From NCBI RefSeq assembly GCF_009914755.1, contig NC_060927.1: 64,000 bases of DNA. The stretch is one strand, 5' to 3'. Below the pieces are notes generated by a model. The model did no database searches and was not told the origin of the DNA. It saw nothing but the letters and a program-made list of their open reading frames with translations. Positions 1 through 17,104 of this stretch are shown here, piece after piece. The DNA comes from the human T2T-CHM13v2.0 reference genome, Homo sapiens. The position numbers were made by a program, and so were the translations under genes. Numbering within the stretch: position 1 is the stretch's first letter; each line of letters starts with the position of its first letter.

Positions 1-397
1 GACTAAATTTTTAAAATTTCATTGTAATTTTGATTAGATATCCACTCTCACTGACTAGTATCACCTGTTTTTCCAAGTCCTTAATACTTGTCTTCCAAAT
101 TCAACTTCATCAATATCCACAAACTACTGGCCCAATTGTGCCCACTAACTCTTGCCCCCTCCATGCTCTTTCTTCATTCCTTACTCTAATACCAGCAGAG
201 TCCATAATGATAATCACACTTTTGAATATAGCCTTCATCCCCTTTTTCCTCTGTCTCCTTTGAATATATTTGACAAAACATGACAACTCAAGTTAAACCC
301 CAAATACAATCTAATCTATGCCTGGACTCCAATACATAAATACAAATGGAGAAAAAACAACCTTACTACCTGGATTCATGTTAAGTTTTTGACCATA
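1..397 (+). mobile_element. L2 LINE relic, left part, interrupted by the L1 at 398
   Basis: Degenerate pyrimidine-rich L2-like sequence that appears to resume at about 6620; TTGACCATA occurs on both sides of the L1 (389-397 and about 6627-6635). Confidence 0.45.
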
Positions 398-750
398 CAG
401 TTAGAGAGAAAGAACAGGTAACCTATGAGAGGAAGCCCATCAGACTAATAGCACACTTCTCAGCAGAAACCACACAAGCCAGAAGAGATTGGGGACTAAC
501 ATTCAACATTCTTAAAGAAAAGAAATTCCAACCCAGAATTTCATGTCTGGCCAAAATAAGCTTCATAAGCAAAAAAGAAATAAGATACTTTTCAGACAAG
601 CAAATGCTGAGGGAATTTGTTAGCACCAGACTTATTTTACAAGAGCTCCTGAAAGAAGCAATAAATATGGAAAGGAAAGACTGTTACCAGGCACTACAAA
701 ACCACACTTAAGTACACAGACCAGTGACACTATAAAGTGATAAAAAATCC

Positions 751-1160
<410 letters not shown>

Positions 1161-2425
1161 TTAAAAGGCACAGAGTGGCAAGCTGAATAAAGAAGCAAGA
1201 CCCAATAGTATGTTGGGTTTGAGCGACCCATCTCATCACATGAAATGATACCCAAGGACTCAAAATGAAGAGATGGAAAAAAATCTATGAAGCAAATTGA
1301 AAACAGAAAAAAGCAGGATTGGCCTAATTTCAGACAAAACAGACTTTAAATCAACAAAGATCAGAAAAGACAAAGAAGGGTATTACGGAATGGTAATGAG
1401 TTCAGTTCAACCAGAAGATCTAACTATGCTAAATATACATGTGCCCAACACAGGAGCACCCCGATTCATAAAGCACGTTCTTAGTGACCTTCAAAGAGAC
1501 TTAGACTCCCACACAATAATAGTGGAAGACTTCAACACCACCACACTGACAATATTAGACAGATCATTGAGGAAGAAAATTAACAAAGATATTCAGAACC
1601 TGAACTCAACATTGGATCAAATGTACCTGATAGACATCTACAGAACTCTCTACCCGAAAACAACACAATATACATTCTTCTCAGCACCATATGACACGTA
1701 CTTTAAAATCAATCATCCAATCGAACAATCCTTAGCAAATGCAAAAGAACCAAAATCATATGAACCACTGTCTCAAATCACGGCACAATAAAAATAGAAT
1801 TCAAGACTAAGAAAATCACTCAAAATCATATGATTACATGGAAATTAAACAACCTGCTCCTGAATGACTTTTGAGTATATAAGGAAATTAAGGCAGAAAT
1901 CAAGGAGTTACTTGAAACTAATGAGAATAAATTATAACATACTAGAATCTCTGGGACACAGCTAAGACAGTTGTATTAGGGTTCTCTAAAGGCACAGAAC
2001 TAATAGGATATATGTATATATGAAAGGGAGTTTGTTAAGAATTAACTCACACGATCACAAGGTAAATCCCACGATAGGCCACCTGCAAGCTGAGGAGCAA
2101 GGAACCCAGTAATGGTTCCATCCAAGTCCCAAAGCCTCAAAAGTAGGGAAGCCAACGGTGCAGCCTTCAGTCTGTGGCCAAAGGCCCAAGGTCCCCTGGT
2201 AAACAACTGGTATAAGTCCAAATGTCCCAAAGCCGAAGAACCTGGAGTCTGATATTCGAGGGCAGGAAGCATTCAGCACAGGAGAAAGATGGAAACCCAA
2301 AGACTCAGCATGCCAGCTTATTCCACCTTCTTCCATCTGCTTTTTTTTTAAAGCTACACTGGCCGCAGGTAAGATGGTGCACACACACATTGAGGCTGGG
2401 TCTTCTCCCAGTCCACGGAATCAAA

Positions 2426-3318
<893 letters not shown>

Positions 3319-6300
3319 GAATCAAATGTTAATCTCCTCTGGCAATACCCTCACAGACACACCCAGAAACAATACTTTGTGTCCTTTAATCCGATCAAAT
3401 TGACATTTAACATTAACCATCACAGCAGTGTTAAAGCAGAAATGTATATAACTAAACCCCCACATCAAAAAATTAGAAAGATCTCAAATTAACAATCTAA
3501 CTTCACAACTAAAAGAACTAGAGAAACGAAAGCAAACCAACCCCAAAGCTAGTAGAAGACAAGAAATAACCAAAATCAGAGCTGAACTGAAGAAAATTGA
3601 GACATGAGAAACCATTCAAAAGATCAACAAAGCCAGGAGCTTGTTTTTTGAAAAAAATTAATAAGACCACTAGCTAGACTAATAAAGAAGAAAAGAGAAA
3701 AGATCCAAATAAACACAATTAGAAATGACAAAGGGGATATTACCGCTGACGCCACAAAAATACAAATAACCATCACAGACTATGAACACCTCTATGCACA
3801 GAAACTAGAAATTCTAGAAGAAATGGATAAATTCCTGTACAAATACATCCTCCCATACTGAACCAGGAGGAAATTGGATCCCTGAACAGACCAATAATGA
3901 GCTCTAAAATGGAATCAGTAATAAATAGCCTACTACCAACCAAAAAAAGCCCAGGACCAGACTGATTCACAGCTGAATTCTACCAGATGTACAAAGAATA
4001 GCTGGTACCATTTCTACTGAAGCTATTCAAAAAAACTGAGGAGGAGAGACTCCTCCCTAACTCATTCTATGAGGCCAGCATCATACTAATACCAAAACAT
4101 GTCAGAGACAAAACAGCAGAAAAGAAAACTTCAGGCCAATATCCTTGATCAACATTGATGCAAAAATCCTCAACAAAATACTAGCAAACTGAATCCAGCA
4201 GCACATCAAAAAGCTAATTAACTATGATCAAGTAGGCTTTATTCCTGGGATGTAGGTTTGGTTCAACATATGCAAATCAATAAATGTGATTCATCACATA
4301 AACAGAACTAAAGATAAAAACCACATAATTATCTCCATAGATACAGAACAGGCTTTTGATAAAATTCAATATCCCTTCATGCTAAAAACTCTAAAAAAAA
4401 AAACACTCAGTATTGTGGGAACATACCTCAAAATAAATAAGAACCACCTACGACAAACCCACAGCCAACATCATACTGAATGGGCAAAAGCTAGAGCATT
4501 CCCCTTGAAAACTGGAATAAGACAAGGGTGACTTCTCTCTCCACTCCTATTCAACACAGTATTAGAAATCGTGGCCAGGGCAATCAGGCAAGAGAAAAAA
4601 TCAAAGGGCATCCAAGTAAAAAGAGAGGAATCAAAGTATCCCTGTTTGGAGATGGCATAATTCTTTATGTAGAAAACCCTATAGTCTCAGCACAAAAGCT
4701 TCTTAAGCTGATAAACAACCTCAGCAAAGTTTCAGAATACAAAATCGATGTACAAAAATCATTATCATACCTATAAACCAATATCAACCAAGTCGAGAGC
4801 CAAATCTGGAATGCAATCCCATTCACAATTGCCACAAAAAGAATAAAATACCTAGGAATAGAGCTAACCAGTGAAAGTTCTCTACAGTGAGAATTACAAA
4901 CGCTGCTCAAAGAAATCAGAGATGACACAAACAAATAGAAAAACATTCCATGCTTATGGATAGAAATAATTGATATTGCTACAATGGCCATACAGCCCAA
5001 AGCAATTTACAGATTCAATGCTATTCCTATCAAACTACAAATGACATTTTTCACAGAACTAGAAAAAACTATTGTAAAATTCATATGGAAACAAAAAAGA
5101 GCCCAAATAGCCGAGGCAATTCTAAGCAAAAGAAATAAAGCAGGAGGCATCACACTATCCAACTTCAAACTATACTATAGGGTTACAGTAAACAAACAGC
5201 ATGGTACTGGTACAGAAAAACACATAGACCAATGGAACAGAAAATAAAACCCAGAAATAAGGCCACATATGTATAACCATCTGATCTTTGACAAAGCTGG
5301 CAAAACAAGCAACAGGGAAAGGATTCCCTATTCAATAAATGGTGCTGGCACAACTGGCTAGCTGTATGTAGGAGATTGAAACTGGACCCCTTTCTTACAC
5401 CATATACAAAAATCAACTCAAGATGGATTAAAGATTTAAATGTGAAACCCAAAACTTTAAAAACTCTCAAAGACAACCCACGCTATACAATTCTGGACAC
5501 AGGAACTGGGAAAGATTTCATGATGAAGATGTCAAAAGGAATTGCAAGAAAAGCAAAAGCTGGCAACTGGGATCTAATTAACCTAAAGAGCTTCTACACA
5601 GCAAAAGAAATTACCAACAGAGTGAACAGAACTGACAGAATAGGAAAAAATATTTGCAAATATTTGCAAACTATGCATCTGACAAAGGTCTAATATCCAG
5701 GACCTATAACGAACTTAAACAAGTTTACAAGAAAAAAACCAAATGACTCCATTAAAAAGTGAGCGACGGACGTGAACAGACACTTTTCAAAAGAAGACAT
5801 ACATGCAGCCAACAAACATATGAAAAAAAGCTCAATATGACTGATCATTAGAGAAATGCACATCAAAATTATAATGAGATACCATCTCACCAGTCAGAGT
5901 GGTTATTACTAAAAGTAAAAAAAAAAAATGATAGATGCTGGCAAGGTTGAGGAGAAAAGGAAATACTTATACAATGTGTTGGAAGTATAAATTAGTTCAA
6001 CCATTGTGAAAGCAATGTGGTGATTCCTCAAAGAGCTAAAAACAGAACTAGTTTTTGACCCAACAATCCCATCACTGAGTATATATGCAAAGGAATATAA
6101 ACCATTCTGTCATGAAGACACATGTTCCCATGTTCACTGCAGCACTATTCACAGTAGCAAAGACATGGAATCAACCTAAATGCTCATCAATGGTAGACTG
6201 GATAAAGAAAATGTGGAACATATACACCATGGAATACTATGCAGCCATAAAAAGGAACAAGATCATGTCCTTTGCAGGAACATGGATATGTCTTGGAGGC

Positions 6301-6619
6301 CATCATCCTAAGCAAATTAACGCAGGAACACAAAACTAAATAATGCATATTCTCACTTATAAGTGAGAGCTTAACAATGAGAACAGACAGACACAAAGAG
6401 GGGAACAATAGACACTGCGGCATACCTGAGGGTTGAAGATGGGAAGGAGGGAGAGGAGCAGAAAAAATAACTATCAGGTACTAGGCTTTGTACATGAATA
6501 AAAAAATGATTTCTAGAATAAACCCACCGAGTTTACCTACATAACAAACCAGCACATGTACTCTGAACCTAAAATAAAGTTAAAATAAAGAAAAAGAGAA
6601 CGATAATTTCAAAAATGTT

Positions 6620-8140
<1,521 letters not shown>

Positions 8141-10156
8141 TTGGATAGCACATTCATGAGTTAAATTCTAGAATTCATCAGTTCGTCAATTCTAGTGAAA
8201 ATTCTAGTGATTCAATAAGCTAAACCATCTCTAATAGATTTTAAATATTACAAAGATACAACTTGCCCATTTATCAGTATATACTATTGGTTTCAAAGTC
8301 CTATCTTTCCACATCTGATGTAGTATCATGAACTATTTGTAGGCATAAGTATAGATAGTTTTTACACTGCTTTCTGATATTTGTTTATTTGTTTAGGAAT
8401 CATTGCTTTATTTGCCAAGATAACTATATTCTGTAAATTTTAACCTCTATTTTTATAGTGAAAGTAATTCTTTTTATGTATAGTTTGAATGGGATTGTAT
8501 TAGATATCCACCAATAAAGGCAACTGAGGTAAAAGTTAGCTTTGCAAACACTTTTAAATTTGTACGTGAAGACTGCATAACAAATAAACTAATGGGAGTT
8601 TTCTGGAAAATTTACTTCTATTTGAATATATATTTTATATGGATAATTAAGTAAACAAATGTTGCCAAATGTATTCCCCAAAATATACATTTGCAATATG
8701 TAGAAATAGGCTTTTTCATTTAAAGTGCCTGGCTTTACAAATTAAAAAGACAATACAAGGTCATCATCAAAGGTCCTAAACCATAATATTCTCTCAAAAT
8801 TTTAGGTATTATATTGCTCTATTTAATTCTACAAAGTGTATATTCCAGTTAAAATAGATGACTTTGATATTTTTGATGAGTCTAAATAAAATTAAGCAGA
8901 TTCTAAGCAAATGTACTAATTACGTAGAAAACAATAACTAAATCTTCTGTGTTAATCATAGAGCAGATTTTGTGAGGTTTTAGGTATCATTTTCTTTTGT
9001 TTTATTTTCGCTCACTGATAACTAATTTGGCATCTACAAACTAAAATACCTGGTGAGAAATCACAATCTAAAAGTCAAGTGGTCATTGCTTACTAGAGGA
9101 AAATAAAAATATATTTAAAAGTATGAGATTCACAATATTGTGAAAATGATCATACTCCCAACGAAAATTGCAGATTCATTGCAATTTCCATCAAAATACC
9201 ATCATAATTCTTCACAGAACTAGAAAAAAAATCCTAAAATTCATATGGAACCAAAAAGAGCCCACATAGCCAAAGCAAGACTAAGAAACAAGAACAAATC
9301 TGGAGGCACCACATTACCTGACTTCAAATTATACTGCAAGGCTATAGTTACCAAAACAGCACAGTACTGGTATAAATATAGGCACATAGACTGATGGAGC
9401 AGAATAGAGAACCCAGAAGTAAAGCTAAATACTTACAGCCAACCGATCTTTGACAAAGCAAACAAAAACATAAATTGGGGAAAGGACACTCTGTTCAATA
9501 AATGGTGCTGGGAAAATTGGCAAGCCACAGAAGAATGAAACTGGATCTTCATCCCTCATCTTATATAAAAATTACCTCAAGATGGATCCAAGATTTAAAT
9601 CTAAAACCTGAGATCATAAAAACTCTGGAAGATAACATTGGAAAAACTCTTCTAGACATTGGCTTAGGAAAGAATTCATGACAAAGACTCCAAAAGCAAA
9701 TTTAACAAAAACAAAAATAAATAAATGGGACCTAATTAAACTAAAAAGCTTCTGTACAGCAAAAGAAATAATCAGCAGAGTAAACAAACAACCCACAGAT
9801 TGGGAGAAAATATTCAAAACTATGCTTCTGACAAAGCACCATTATCCAGAATCTACAAGGAACTCAAATAAATCAGAAAAAAAAAATAATCCCATGAAAA
9901 AGCAGGCAGATGACATAAATAGACAATTCTCAAAAGATGATATACAAACAGCCAACAAATGTATGAAAAAATGCTCAACATCACTAATTATCAGAGAAAT
10001 ACAAATTAAAACCACAATGCGATGCCACTTTACTCCTGCAAGAATGGTAATAATTAAAAAGTAAAAAAATAATAGATGTTGGCATGGATATGGTGAAAAG
10101 GGAACACTTTTACTGCTGGTAGGAATGTGAAGTAGTTCAACCACTATGGAAAACAG

Positions 10157-10525
10157 TGTAGTAGTCTGTTCTCACACTACTATAAAGATACTACCTGAGA
10201 CTGGGTAATTTACAAACAAAAGAGGTTTAACTCACTCACAGTTCTGCATGGCTGGGGAGGCCTCAGGAAACTTACAATTATGGCAGAAAGTGAAGGGGAA
10301 GCAGGCACCATCTTCATAAGGCAGCAGGAGAGAGAGATCGAGCAAAGAGGAAGCGCTACACTTTTAAGCCATCAGATCTCATGAGAACTTTCTCACTATC
10401 ATGAGAACAGCATGGGGGAAACTGCCCCCATAATCTAATCACCTCCTACCAGGTCCCTCCCTGGACATGTGGGGATTACAATTCAAGATGAGATTTGGGT
10501 AGGGACACTGAACCAAACCACATCA
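10157..10525 (-). mobile_element. MSTA/THE1-like MaLR solo LTR inside the L1PB
   Basis: TGTAGTAGTCTGTTCTCACAC..GAGACTGGGTAATTT..CCAAACCACATCA; TSD AACAG/AGCAG. Confidence 0.92.
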
Positions 10526-10729
10526 AGCAGTATGGAAATTCCTTAAAGAACTAAAAGCAGAACTACCATTTGATCCAGCAATCCCACTGCTAGGTATCTA
10601 CCCAAAAGAAAATGAGTCATTATATGAAAAGACAAATGCACACACATTTTCATAGAAGCACAATTCACAATTGCAAAAATACTGAACCAACCTACATGCC
10701 CATCAACCAACAAGTGGATAAACAAAATG

Positions 10730-11062
10730 TGGCATATATATATATATATATATATATGCCATATATATATATATGGCATATATATATATAGTTATATATA
10801 TATATGCCATATATATATGCCATATATATATAGTGTATATATATGGCATATATATATAGTATATATATGGCATATATATATAGTATATATATGGCATATA
10901 TATATATAGTATATATATATATGGCATATATATATACACACATACATATAATGGTGTGTGTGTGTATATATATATGTGTGTGTATATATATATAATGGTG
11001 TGTGTGTGTATATATATATACACACATATATATATACACATTATATATATACACACACACAC
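10730..11062. repeat. Compound (TA)n/(TG)n/(CA)n microsatellite expansion inside the L1
   Basis: About 330 bp of TA runs interrupted by TGGCA/TGCCA/GT units. Confidence 0.97.
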
Positions 11063-11899
11063 CATGGAATACTACTCAACCATAAAAGGAATGAAATAGT
11101 GTCTTTTGCAGCAACTTGGAAGGAGCTGGAGGCCATTATTCTAAATGAAGTAACTCAGGAATGGAAAACCAAATATTGTATGTTTTCAGTTACAAGTGGG
11201 AGCTAAGTTATGAGGCTGCAAAGACATAAGAATAATATTAGGAACTTTGTGGACTCCAGGGGAAAGGTGGGAGGGGAGTGAAAGATAAAAGACTACATAT
11301 TGAGTACAGTGTACACTGCTCAGGTGACAGGTGCACCAAAATCTCAGAAATCACTACTAAAGAACTTATCAATATACCCAAAAACCACCTGCGTCCCCAA
11401 AACTATTGAAATAAAAAAAGAACGAATAAAAGTATGAGATTCAGAAACTATCCATTCATTTTCTATTTAAGTTAATTTTTAAATTTCTAAACATTATTAT
11501 TTCACAGTCTTTAATAGCCTATATAACTAACTCCATATTTCAAAATTTCTATTAGCCATCAAAATCTGTCATACAATTAATCATGAAAACAGTTAAACTT
11601 GAAACATTAAAAAAACCACTGAACATATTAGGGAGGTGAGCACTGAGATTTGAAGGAAGTCTGGAGCATAAATAGAATGCAAGCCAGCTTCAAAGATTTT
11701 GCTCATGAGTATACTATAAGCAATGAAATATTTATTTATTTCATTAATGTCTTCATTCATATGGGTCAAAATGAGCAGAAATTGTAACACTTTGTAGCAA
11801 ATTCCATTCTATGGAAAGAAGGCATGAGTATGGCTTCTGTGTAAAATAGAACAGTGTTTCTGAAATAGACATATAAAGTAAAATATTAAAGAAATAAAG

Positions 11900-13630
11900 A
11901 TTTACCACATAGCTAGCCTTAAATCTGACCTCTGCTCATCTTTCTAGATTTATTTTTACTGTTATATTCTTTCACACTCAATGCCTTGGTCTTGCTGACA
12001 TAATTTTTTGTACCTGAGCCTCTTTATTCTTCTATCAGTTTTCTAGCTATTACTTCTACAAACCTTCCTCCTAACCCAACTTTTCCTGGGTTAGTAAGTA
12101 AGAAGTAAGGTTAGTTACCCTTACTTCTCAGCTCAAGTGCGATTTCCTTCTCTGTCCCATCCACTGCCCAGTCTGGATCAGGTGTCCCTCAAGATACTTT
12201 TATTTCAACCAGGACTTACCTTTCTCATGGCACTAAGAACATTATTTTAATCATCTAGTTACTGTTTCTCTGGATCAGAAGGCAGAGAATATTTCAGACA
12301 CTGTTTTTATTCTGAGCTCCAAACTCTTATGTAACTGCCTAATACATGATGATAGGTACACAACAAATGATTACTTTATCAATGTATTATGCATAGGTGC
12401 CAGCACAAGTGGCAACAAGACAAAAAACAGGATAGCCAATTCATCCAAGAGGAAATAAAATTAGTTAAATATATCTTGCTTACTACACAACCTGAAAAGG
12501 TGAAAATTAAGACAAATTTGTACTTATTAGTTTATTCAAAGAGAAAATATATTAATAACCTTATTTGATAACAGTCATGAGATGAAAATGTTATCATCAT
12601 GCATTACTAGTAGCAATGCAAATGAAAACATGTTTTTGTAAAAATTATTGTAAAGAATACCAAGAACCCCGAAAACCATAAAAATGTTAATGCCCATTTG
12701 ACCCTTTCAGAGAATTTATTATTCAGAAACAAACCAAAGGATGGAAAACCTTTTATTTCCAAGTTAAGGCTCATTCCTGAGCTCCAGACATATCTACCTT
12801 GCTGACAATCAGACAGCTCTACTAGTGCATTTGGCAGGCATTCAAATTCAACATGTTTGAAATTAAACTTATTCCTCTTTGGAAATATGACTCCTGGTTA
12901 GGTGCCAGAGTATATTCTTTCTTAGTTAACACAACCAGCATCCATTCAATTGTCTACATGAGAAACCTGAGAGCTATCTTCAAATCCCTCCTCTCTACTT
13001 CACTGGACTCATCAATTAAATACAAAGATCCTTTCATTTTACCAATTCCAATTGTTTCTTTCCATCTCCTCTTTTATTATCTTTGCCCAAGGGTCTAGCA
13101 TCCCTCACTTGAATTGCTTCAATTGCCTCCACTTTTAGCTTATCAGTTCCATATTGTACAAACCAAAAGATACTTCTACAAGACAAATTTATCATGTCCT
13201 TCTCCTGAATAAGTCTTTCCAGTATTTTCTTATCACTATTTCTTATTGCTTCTTAACTTAGCTTAAAAGGCAAAATGTTGTCCACTCTAGGACTCTTCCA
13301 TACTTTTTATTCTATGTGCTAGGCAGGTTCTCTAATTCTTCTGGGCCTTATCACTTGATTTACCCACTATTTGGAAGGATATACTCATCCCATATCTCCC
13401 TCTTCCGGCTGATTCCTACCCATCTATTAGGTTTCTGCTTAAGTATTACTTCCTCTGGAAAACCTTAGTAGACAATATTCCTTAGCACAATATATCTTTC
13501 CTCTTATATTATTTGTAATAATAAATGTTTTAATTAATAATAAACTAACTTTCTGAAATACTAGACTCCAGGAAGGCTAGCATTATTTCTATCATGCCTG
13601 TTAACGTATGCTTAATGCCTAGTACACTAA
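11900..13630 (+). mobile_element. Two or more L2 3' relics
   Basis: L2-like ends at about 12330-12380 (CCTAATACATGATGATAGGTACACAACAAATG) and 13560-13630; L2-like CTCCTGAGCTCCAGAC motif at about 12775. Confidence 0.5.
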
Positions 13631-13679
13631 GAAAATGGGAAATAATTGTGGAATGAAAGAACAATGCAGTCACCAAAAC

Positions 13680-14010
13680 ATAATATATACATATATAATG
13701 TACATATCAAGTATAAGATATGTATAAGATTAAGTATAAGATATCTATATCTTATTCTTACATAAGCTATACATATATGTATATATAGATACTTATATAA
13801 GATATACACATGCATATATTATATACACATATATGTATAATATATAATATATACATATATTGGGATTTATAATGTAAATCCCATTATATCTACTGATACT
13901 TATATTTAAGATATACATATGTATCTCACATATATTTAAGATATACATATGTATACATATATTTAAGATACATATGTATATTTAAGATAAACATATATAT
14001 ACGTATACAT
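13680..14010. repeat. AT-rich low-complexity tract/minisatellite
   Basis: Four degenerate copies of TATATTTAAGATA(TA)CATATGTA at 13901-14000 within TA-rich sequence. Confidence 0.85.
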
Positions 14011-14084
14011 TTGTTGTCTTTTTACAACAAAAACAATCACAGTCAATATCAGAAGTAATACAGAAAAGTGAGTACTCATATATT

Positions 14085-14355
14085 TTAGGGGAAATGTGAA
14101 TTGCTTCAAATTTTAGATTCAGTAACCTAGCAATGTCTATTAAAATTTAAAAAAAATACTCTCTTTGGAGTAGTAATTTTAGTTTTGGAAATATATCATG
14201 CAGGCCCACAAGCTCTGATATATGAGAACCTATGTACAAAACATTTATGAAAGCATTGTTTGTAGTGGCCAACAAAAGAAAAATAATAACAAATAAAAAT
14301 GCTATTCCTTGAAACACACATATATTCATCATTAAGGATATAGTAAATTATTCTT
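14085..14355 (+). mobile_element. Ancient L1ME-like fragment, left part (continues at about 24385)
   Basis: Degenerate L1 3' ORF2 motifs (ATGAAAGCATTGTTTGTAGTGGCC..TAAATTAT). Confidence 0.5.
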
Positions 14356-16187
14356 TAGGTTTTATGTTGTTTTTAACTGAACCATAATAATTGTACAGCC
14401 AGGCACAGTGGCACACTCCTATATTCCTACATACTCAGGAAGCTGAGGCAGGATGATTGCTTGAGCTCAGGAGTTCCAGACTAGCCCAGGAAACATAGAA
14501 AAACTCTGTTTCAAAATATAGGCAAACAACAACAAAAAATTGTAAATATTTATGGTATATAATGTCATGTTTTGATACAGGCATATATTGTGTATTCATC
14601 AAATCAAGATAATTAGCATATCGATCACCTCACACATTTATCATTTTTTTTAGTGAGAGCATTCAAAATCCTCTCTTCTAGCTATTTAAAAATATGCAAT
14701 GCATTATTTTTAACTATAGTCACCCTACTGTGAACTGGAGCACCAGAACTTATTTCTCCTACCTAACTGTAGCTTTGTATCTGTTAACCAGTTTTTCCCC
14801 ATCCATCTCTCTATTCTCCCTAACCTCTAGTATCTACTCCATAGTCCTATGAGATCAATTTTTTTAAATTCCACATATGAGCTAGATCATGCAATACTTG
14901 TTCTTCTGTGCTTGGCTCACTTCATGTAACATAATACCCTCTAGGATCATTTCTATTGCTGCAAATGAAAGAATTTTACTCTTTTTAATGCTGAATAGTA
15001 TTCCATTGTTTATAAATACATTTTCTAATCCACTGAGGGACATCTGTGTTGATTCCATATCTTGGCTATTGCGAATATTGCTGCAATAAACATGAAAGTA
15101 CAAACATTTCTTTGACATGCTGATTTCATTTCTTTTCAGCATATACCCACTAGTGGGATTGTGGGATCATATGCTAGTTCTATTTTCAATTTTTTGAGGA
15201 ACAGGCACACTGTTGTTCCTAAGGACTATACTAATTTATATTCCTACCAACAGTGTACACAAGTTTTCCTTTCTCCACATCTTTACCAGCATTTATTATT
15301 TTTTGTCTTTTTGAGACTAGCCATTCTAACTGGGGTGAGATGCTATCTCAGTGATTTTGATTAGAATTTTCCTTATGATTAGTGATGCTGAGGCATTTTT
15401 TAATTTATCTTTTGTCAATTTGTATGTCTTCTTTTGAGAAATGTCTTCTTTTGCCACTTCGTTCTGCTTATTATTATTATTGCTATTGAGTTTCTTATAT
15501 ATTCTGGATGTTAACCTTTGTGAGTTATATAGTTTGCAAACATTTTGTCTCATTCTATAGGTTGTCTCTTCAGTCTGTTAGGAGTTTCCTTCACTGTGCA
15601 GAGCTTTTTTGTTTGATGCAATTCCATTTGCCTAATTTTGCTTTTGTTGCCTGTGCTTTTGAGGCTCTATCCAAAAAATTCTTGCTCAGACCAATGTCCT
15701 GAAGCATTTTCCCTAAGTTTTCTTTTTATTTATATAGCTTGGGGTCTTACTCATAAGTATTTACTCCATTTTGAGTTGATTTTTATATATGGTAAGAGAT
15801 AGGGGACTAGTTTAACTCTTCTTCATGTGGATATTCCGTTTCCTAGCTGAAAACACCATCCTTTCTCCAATGTGTGTTCTTGGCAATTTTGTAAAAAAAA
15901 ATAAGTTGGCTGTAAATGCATGAAATTATTTCTGAATTCTCTATTCTGGTCCATTGGTATAGTGTCTGTTCTCATGTCAGTACTTTGCTGTCTTGATTTC
16001 TATACCTTTGTAATACATTTTGAAGTTAGGTTGTGGGATGCCTCCAGTTTTATTCTTTTTGTTCAAGATTGCTTTGGCTATTCATTGACTTTTGTGGTTT
16101 CATACAAATTTTAGGATTTTTTTTCTATTTCTGTGAAGAGTGTCACTGGTATTTTGATAAGGATTGCATTGACTCTATGGATTGCCA
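14356..16187 (-). mobile_element. L1MA-like 3' segment of a 5'-inverted L1
   Basis: Antisense L1MA 3'UTR (CATTCAAAATCCTCTCTTCTAGCTATTT) and ORF2 C-terminus (ORF 14882-15142 ILSFAAIEMILEGIMLHEVSQAQKNKYCM). Confidence 0.9.
14398..14535 (+). mobile_element. FLAM-like Alu monomer
   Basis: Single arm of about 120 bp with an A-rich tail; degenerate TSD AATTGTACA/AATTGTAAA. Confidence 0.85.
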
Positions 16188-17104
16188 AAGAATCAAAACA
16201 TACTACTAGAGAAAATCACCTAACCACAAAGGAAGACACTAAGGAAAAAAGGGAGAAATGATCTACAAAACAATGAGCAAAAACATAAGAAAATGACAAC
16301 ATGTGTCCTTGCTTATTAATAGTTATGTTGAATGTAAATGGATTAAATTATCCAATTAAAAGACAGAGTGACTGAATGGATTTTAAAAATGACTTAATTA
16401 TCGGCTACCTATAAGAGACTCACTTCACCTGTAGGGACATACATAGACTGAAGGTGAAGGGATGGAAAAATATATTCCATGCAAATGGAAATCAATAAGG
16501 GGCAGGAGTGGCTATACTTATACCAGATAAAATAGACTTCATTAGCAAAAACTGCAAAAAGAGACAAAGAAAGTCATTATATGATGATAAAGGGGTAAAC
16601 ACAGCAAGAATATTTACTAAGGTAGAAATATATATACACCTAACATCAGAGCTCAACCTAAACATATAAAGGAAATATTAAAAGACCTAAAGGGAGAGAT
16701 CAACTGCAATACAATAATAGCAGTGGAGCTGAACAACCCACTTTCAATAAGGGTTGTTTCACCTAGGAAGAAAATCAACCAAGAAGCATCAGAACTAAAC
16801 CAGGTTCAAGATCAAATGGACCTGAAAGATATTTACAAGGCATTTCATCTAATGGTTGCAGAATATACACTCTTAACAGGACATGGAACATTCTGTAGGA
16901 TAGATCATTAGTTAGGCTACAAAATAAGTATTAAAAAATTTTTAAAAAATCAAAATTATAGCAAGTTTTTTTTTATTACCACGACAGAATAAAAGTAGAA
17001 ATCACTAATAGGTGGAATTTTGAGAACTATACAAATACATGAAAATTAAACAATATGATCCTTAAAAACCGATGGGTCAATGAATAAAATTAAAAAAATT
17101 TCTC
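16188..17104 (+). mobile_element. Old L1M ORF2 endonuclease region (inverted 5' segment, left part)
   Basis: Degenerate EN coding sequence (AATGTAAATGGATTAAATTATCCAATTAAAAGAC; ORF 16723-16911 DQMDLKDIYKAFH..EYT). Confidence 0.9.

Larger units (their letters stand above)
9133..11426 (+). mobile_element. 5'-truncated LINE-1 (L1PB-like) 3' fragment
   Basis: ORF2 C-terminal peptide (9678-10064 [15 protein letters not shown]). L1PB-type 3'UTR (GATAAAAGACTACATATTG..CACCAAAATCTCAGAAATCAC). Perfect 17-bp TSD TAAAAGTATGAGATTCA at 9116-9132 and 11427-11443. Confidence 0.95.

Noticed and set aside
10543-11206. Cluster of Tyr/Ile/His-rich ORFs
   Set aside because: Translations of the TA microsatellite.
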